Assembly: GCA_003427395.1 (NCBI GenBank)
Contig: BFEA01000001.1
Coordinates: 3,133,226-3,190,378, forward strand
Length of the DNA: 57,153 nt
Origin: Chara braunii
Lineage: Eukaryota; Plantae; Charophyceae
Reading direction: 5' to 3'
In this document: piece by piece, positions 51,109-57,153 of the stretch
Numbering within the stretch: position 1 is the stretch's first letter
Layout: every line of letters begins with the position of its first letter
Notes under the pieces: model-generated
The model's input: the letters and a program-made list of their open reading frames with translations, nothing else
Told to the model about the DNA's origin: nothing
Database searches by the model: none
Translations under genes and position numbers: made by a program

Positions 51109-51794
51109 CTCATCCCCCGGGGCCAAGTCCCACTAGCAGTGTTGAGTTCCCTCAACACCTGAACCCCGGCCAGTCTAAACCCCTCCACACAGCCTCACTA
51201 ATTCTCCTGAGAACGACCCTTCATTAGCAATGGACACAGTCAGAGAAGAACAAATAGAATGTCCAACCATCGGACACAGCCAGAAGTACAAAAAAAAGAC
51301 AATGTAGAACCACATCAGCTACACCCGACGCCAGGTCCCACTTGGCCAGATCCTCCGTATCTGGCCGTGGATCTTCATAATCTACGGTCAGCAATCAAGA
51401 ATCGGCGTAAGTGATACTTGGGCCCCCAGTCATCCACTGTCGTTCCAAGAACCAAAAAAGGGAAACCTTCTCCTAAGTCACCTTTTTAGTTTGAAATATA
51501 GGCAAGAAAAAGACAAAGCGGTGCCTGTTAGCGGGGAGTTGAAACTGTGGCTTTTTTGAAGTGGCACGACTGCAGATTTAGCTGTGGCTTTTTTTGCCCT
51601 GTTTCGAGAACTGCTGAAGTTGCCTATTCCAAACGCTACCGTCTTCCCCCGAACATAGCGCACCGTGAAATTGAACGTATACAAGCTATATGGTCTGGTT
51701 ACAGCCAAATTGAGGGTGCGTTGTGTTCGGGGGAAGACGGTAGGTGTGACCCAGCAGCCGTTCCCCCGCCAAATAAAAAGACGATCCTTGGGTA

Positions 51795-52058
51795 TAGACT
51801 TCACACCCTGCTATACTGCTGCCTTTAGGGCTGCGGACAGAAGACAGACTCCACCACACCCTGCTACACCGCTGCTGCCTTTAGGGCTGCGGACAGAATA
51901 CAGACTCCACCACAGCCTGCTATACGGCTGCCTTCAGGGCTGCGGACAGAATACAGACTCCACCACAGCCTGCTATACCGCTGCATTTAGGGCTGCGGAC
52001 AGAGTACAGACTCCACACCCTGGTATACCGGTGCCTTTAGGGCTGCGAACAGAATACA
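51795..52058. repeat. Minisatellite, ~50-53-bp unit x5
   Basis: CCTGCTATACCGCTGCCTTTAGGGCTGCGGACAGAATACAGACTCCACCACAG. Confidence 0.92.
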
Positions 52059-53005
52059 CAAGGGACTTCTTTATATTTCTTTACTCCCCCCTCCCTCACC
52101 CTCCTCCATCCCGCCCTTCACCCCCAAATCAGCAAATTCGTCTCAGGATGACAATTCTCTTAAAACGTCAAGGAAAGCCATAACCCACTTTCCAAAAGTA
52201 ACGAAAGCGTGCATATAACGGGTCAAAAATCGCGAGAAATAGTAAAAGCCGCATTCATACTTCACTCAATCAGCTTGGCGGTACAGTCTCGAACCATTTA
52301 ATTGCGTTTAAGCACAAATTGAGAATAATAACCAAAGTGCATCTATAGTAATCAGCGAGAACAGACTCTGACACCAATCAAGTCCATCTCGCTCAGTTCC
52401 GTCAATCACGTCTACTTCTTCCAATACTCTTTGCAGACAAAAGAACCGACCTTCAAAGACATCGGACTAGCCTTATTCGTTCGCATAGAATGCAATAATT
52501 AATTACAGTAACAAACAATTAAGAACATTTCAGATTAAGTAACATAAAATACGTAAGAAACGAGCCCTATCTAGCACCTGGGTTTTCTGCACAACATACC
52601 TAACACCTTATTTACTCGCATTAAAACCAATTCGCCCTCTCCGTCCTTAAATAACTGTTTAAAAAAAATCGAATTTTTTCATTTTTAAATAGAAAAAAAC
52701 TCAAACGTCATCTGATGTAACCACCCGTAACGAAAGAAAACGAATTCCGACAACCAGAACTAACCCCGAAACTTCTTCGCTATCACTGGAAAACTCCCGA
52801 CCCACTGGGGAAACCTACCAAGGACCGACGAATGGACCCCCGCCCGCACATGACGGGACACGTCCCGACGGCCACGTAACTAGACTCTTGTATCCCAACC
52901 CCGACGTAATTAGACTCTTGTATCCCGACGGCGATGTCATAAGATTCGTCATCTCATCATAGAGCATCTGTGTATTCCAACGGCGAAGCAGTTGAAGCCC
53001 AGCTC

Positions 53006-53053
53006 GTCACCAGAACAGTCACCAGAACAGTCACCAGAACAGTCACCAGAACA
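53006..53053. repeat. 12-bp tandem repeat x4
   Basis: GTCACCAGAACA. Confidence 0.9.
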
Positions 53054-53816
53054 GGACATCTCGTTGTCAGCTTCTTCCACCCACGCTGTGTGGACACCAG
53101 CACGGTATAATTGCAACACCCTTTGAAAACTCGACCGTCAACACGATCAACTTTCCCCCGTCCCCCTCGTCGCGGACTTCCATTCTCCTCTCTTCTTCCA
53201 AGCACCACCGCGAGCAGTATATCATTGCAAACACCCAGTTGAAAACTCCAGCTTAAACACGAACCACACTTCTCCTCCGTTCTCCTGTCCAACCTCCCTC
53301 CCTCCTTCTCTTCCAACTACCATACCTTGTGTCCGGCTTTTCCGCTTCTTTTCTCCGGCCAATCCGCCCAAAACTGGAAATTCATGCTTTCAGCTTCTTC
53401 CATCCACGCTGGGCACGAGCGGTGTCGTTGCGACACCCCGTTCGAACTCGAGCTCTAATACGAACAACTCTCCTCGGACCTCCTTTCCAACCTCTAATTA
53501 AATCGGTTATCATCTTCTCCTGCCAATCCGCCCACACAAGGAGCACATAACGGGGCGTACCTTTAAGCACCTCCGCATAGACAGACCGCGACACACACTG
53601 CTTGCTTACAGTCACGGAACAGGAAACCTGATAAAAATATGTCGCCTCTTCACCGATCGCCTGGACGAGCGAAATAAGAGAAAAAAGAAAATCCTGTCTG
53701 CGCCAAGTTCGAATCCCCGTAGACCGGAATCACGCCTAAGGATCCGCGCGCACAAACTGAAAACACAACTGCGGTTGCTCAATACCTATCGAAACCTTCG
53801 TTACCATCCACTGCCC

Positions 53817-53819
<3 letters not shown>

Positions 53820-53871
<52 letters not shown>

Positions 53872-53872
53872 N

Positions 53873-53960
<88 letters not shown>

Positions 53961-53964
53961 TGTG
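53820..53964. repeat. Compound (CT)n(GT)n microsatellite
   Basis: Direct reading. Confidence 0.95.
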
Positions 53965-55325
53965 CGTTCAAGCACCACAACCATCTCGGAATCTTATTGT
54001 CCCTCACTTGTTTTCTCTCTCTATACGTCGGGGCGTGCTCTATGAAAACGCCTTCTAAAAACTGCAATGACAAGTCAACTTGGGACTCTCTCTCTCTCAC
54101 TCCCAACCCGTCTTGAATACATCCACTGCATGTCTGACACGTGGCTACGACACCGCTCAAAAACTCCCACAATCCAGACGGACAAACGCTGAGGTTTTGG
54201 TTCACGTGGCAAACCGGTCTCCCTCCTCCCTCAAGCTCCAGTTTCACAAACTTAGGGGGGAGTCGTTACAGACGGCTGATCGGCCTTCCAAAGGCCAATG
54301 CCAGAACCGAGAGACGGTCTGAGAGCACGCAATGGACCGTCCACGCGTTCCATCGCCGAGCCTCCGAAATGAGCTCTGGAAGAAGTAGCAGCGCTGCACC
54401 GCCAAGGGAGCGCAACGGCTAGAAAGTGCAGCGGAGGGTAGCCTGCTCGGTGGAGGCGCACCGAGAGGCTGGGGGCGAAGAAGAATTGAAGACAACCGCC
54501 CCACAGACGGATAGACACCGAGAAAGGAACCTTGGGAGAAGGACACGGGCAAGTGCAGTAAGACGAGGTAAACAGAAACGACGAAGCCGCCGAGAGACAG
54601 CCAGAGGAGCATTAAGAGAAGACAAAACAACTCTCAGTGAGGCACCTGGACAGAGAACCGACATGTCCACAACAACATTGGTTCGGGATATATCAACATA
54701 TAATTCAGTCGGCAATCACACTTGCCGACAGAGCACAAGCTCAAAGACTTCTACTTGACAGACATTCCCATCCGATTAGTCCTTCCGTCACGGGTAGTGC
54801 AGGACGACTCGTGGGCCGCTACCGAAAAGTGACCACTTTCAACCCCCTCTCTCTCTCTCTCTCTCTCGCTGTCTGTCCGCATTCACCCTCCATCCGGGAG
54901 GAAGGAGACCGATCTGATACGTGCACACGAAGCATCAAGTGGAGGTGTCAATCGACGGTCAAACTAACGAAGAGATACAGGCGGCGCCGCACGTAATGAA
55001 CGAGTAAGACTATCACAACGCAGAGGACCCAATAAGGGAGACGCACCGAAGATGCACGAACGAAGTATAGTGCGAGTAAGAACGAATCAAATGGACGTTA
55101 CTCAGAAAAACAGTACAAAAAGGAAAATAAACTGGTAACCGCAAGAATCGAAGTCCTCCGTAACAGGGGACGGCAACCTGAAATCCTAAGAAAAGCACAC
55201 AGGCGTGACGAGAAAACAGCCACCAGGTGGGGAGGTGGCGAACAGTACAGGTCTAACGTGACGTACAGGACGGCAAAGCACGCTCGGAGAACACCGAACC
55301 CGCAACCTCTCGAAGTGAGAAAAGC

Positions 55326-55329
<4 letters not shown>

Positions 55330-55383
<54 letters not shown>
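55330..55383. repeat. (AG)n microsatellite
   Basis: Direct reading. Confidence 0.95.
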
Positions 55384-55385
<2 letters not shown>

Positions 55386-55652
55386 GGGGAGGAGGGGGCC
55401 ATCGCTGACATCCCCCTCGCTCGGTAAGCGATCAGGACATTATTACTGAGATGAAATGAAGTTGAACATGGCGGCGAGGAGGTAGAAATTTTTGACACGA
55501 TTGCATACACATGGCGCCATGTAGTGTAGAGAGCAAAAATACATAGAGAACGGAACAAGTGCAATTACTTAATCAATCGACAAGTCAATCTATTACTCAG
55601 TTAGTCGTAATCCTAAACAACAATTTCGTCCAATTGTTCGCTCGCGCAGCCC

Positions 55653-56942
55653 CTAGGGCGCAGGCATGAGCTTATTCACTTCGTTAGAGTAATCAGAGAT
55701 GATTTTGACAGTGGTGTTTATATCTCGCGAATAGTACACTCCCCAGCCGCTGAAGAACCCTTCACTATCCTCGAGCGCCCAGAACATAGTTCCACCGAGT
55801 CGCTTCTGCTTCATAGCCGCCAGAGACTCTCTGAACGCAACGGTAAAGAACCTATCTCTTTGCTCCCGTTCATATTTCCCCCAACCAAATTCTTCCAGCA
55901 GCATAGGCTTGTTCAGCCGCACACAGTCGTCCACGTGCGCCTTAATCCAGCTAGCGGTAAATATCATCTGATTGTCGAAAGTCGTAAAATTCCACAGCTG
56001 AGGGTAAATGTGCACCGTGGTGAAATCAAAGTGCGAAATGGCGGTTTCTCTCAAGAAGTCATTACCTTGATTGGCAGGCCAATCTACAGCAGGATTAAAC
56101 ACCCATCTCGTCCGGTCGCTCTGTCCATAGAACCCTTCGACCCCACTTGTCAGCATGTGCTGCTTATCCAGCGACTTAATGTACTCCCCCATTTCTGCCA
56201 ACCAATTCACCAGCGTATTTCCCGAAGTATCAGACACGCAGCGTGGCTCATTAAACACCTCCCAAGCGAAGATGGTTGGGTCCTCTCTGTACAGACGCCT
56301 GTTGACAGTGTTCCTCCGCATCACGACCTTCTCCGCCATCAGCTTAAACCACTGCTTCGCCAACGGCTCGCGGAACATGTCGTCCGGAATGATGCTGCTC
56401 TTTTGCGTCGCTTGCTTTAGCCAGTCGCCGTATTGGGCTTTGCTCTCCCAATTATTGCCGAAAACAGCCAGGATGCGAACACCCAACTTCGACGCCTGGT
56501 CTACCAGATAGTCTAATGCCACGAGGATGGTCTCGTTGAAGGTGGTTCCAGATGGCTGCACATACGGAAAGCGGGATCCATCGTTACACGTCATCATTCG
56601 CACGACGGTCAATCCCATCGACCGCGCCTGCTTCAGAATGTTGACGGCGCGTGCCCTTCCCGCCGGCGTCAGACAGTTGTACATTAGGTCGCGCGTGTTC
56701 CATCCACTCACAAGGAAGTCCTTCCCATCGGGTGTTTGAAATATCAAACCGTTGCGCTTAACGATTCCCCAGTGCTTGCGAGGATTATACGGACGGCGCT
56801 GCGCCTTGCTCACACGACGAATAATCCTGCCGTCGTCATATGGATCCTGCTCCCGCTGCATGCTAGCGGCCATTCCCACGAAGAGAAAGCCGACAAGGAG
56901 CACCAGGATGGTGCGCCCAACACGCGGCGCGATCGCCGCCAT
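55653..56942 (-). CDS. MAN: Secreted GH5 (subfamily 7-like) endo-1,4-beta-mannanase, intronless, 429 aa
   Basis: Intact ORF from the ATG of MAAIAPRVG with a hydrophobic signal peptide; GWN, GLTVVR, LDYLV, NNW, YREDPTIFAWEVFNEPRC (acid/base Glu), GVEGFYG, DFTTVHIYP, KPMLLEEFG (nucleophile Glu), FW. Confidence 0.93.
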   Translation of the reverse strand: MAAIAPRVGRTILVLLVGFLFVGMAASMQREQDPYDDGRIIRRVSKAQRRPYNPRKHWGIVKRNGLIFQTPDGKDFLVSGWNTRDLMYNCLTPAGRARAVNILKQARSMGLTVVRMMTCNDGSRFPYVQPSGTTFNETILVALDYLVDQASKLGVRILAVFGNNWESKAQYGDWLKQATQKSSIIPDDMFREPLAKQWFKLMAEKVVMRRNTVNRRLYREDPTIFAWEVFNEPRCVSDTSGNTLVNWLAEMGEYIKSLDKQHMLTSGVEGFYGQSDRTRWVFNPAVDWPANQGNDFLRETAISHFDFTTVHIYPQLWNFTTFDNQMIFTASWIKAHVDDCVRLNKPMLLEEFGWGKYEREQRDRFFTVAFRESLAAMKQKRLGGTMFWALEDSEGFFSGWGVYYSRDINTTVKIISDYSNEVNKLMPAP

Positions 56943-57086
56943 AGTTGTTCGCTTCTCAGTCCCTACCAAACAAAGCGACACGATGATCGAGAAGACCACA
57001 GCTGTTGTACAAAACCACCGCTAGCTACGCAGACATTGACGACTTATTCTACACTCAGCACCGGTCTGTTCCCGTTTGAAAGCCCA

Positions 57087-57090
<4 letters not shown>

Positions 57091-57153
<63 letters not shown>
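57091..57153. repeat. (CT)n microsatellite upstream of the mannanase
   Basis: Direct reading. Confidence 0.95.

Noticed and set aside
51795-52058. CRISPR-like array
   Set aside because: Units are contiguous with no unique spacers, no cas genes are present, and the context is eukaryotic; it is a minisatellite.
53700-53725. B-box-like GTTCGAATCC
   Set aside because: No A box or cloverleaf upstream.
55860-57024. Plus-strand ORFs overlapping the mannanase
   Set aside because: Antisense shadows of the real CDS.

Overview
Repeat-rich eukaryotic nuclear DNA from a draft assembly with N-gaps. The lineage is probably a green plant or streptophyte alga (plant-type U6, GH5_7 mannanase, iMet-primed chromovirus); resemblance to Chara is inference only. 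The single clear host gene is an intronless GH5 endo-beta-mannanase (55653-56942, minus). The rest is nested mobile DNA: a decayed DUF7869-type transposase split by a 136-bp palindromic satellite; two decayed L1/Tx1-like LINEs plus fragments; a full-length chromodomain Ty3/gypsy element with both LTRs and a PBS; a solo LTR with a perfect TSD; hAT-, Tourist-, TTAA- and foldback-type MITEs; tRNA-derived heads; and a retroposed 3'-truncated U6. The most notable signals are a covarying two-hairpin 3' module shared by about 8 otherwise dissimilar retroposon ends (one inserted with a poly(C) leader, poly(A) tail and TSD), the all-hairpin satellite, and an unassigned domain upstream of the ORF2 enzymes in both LINEs. 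Coordinates were read by eye; boundaries without a TSD or TIR are approximate.
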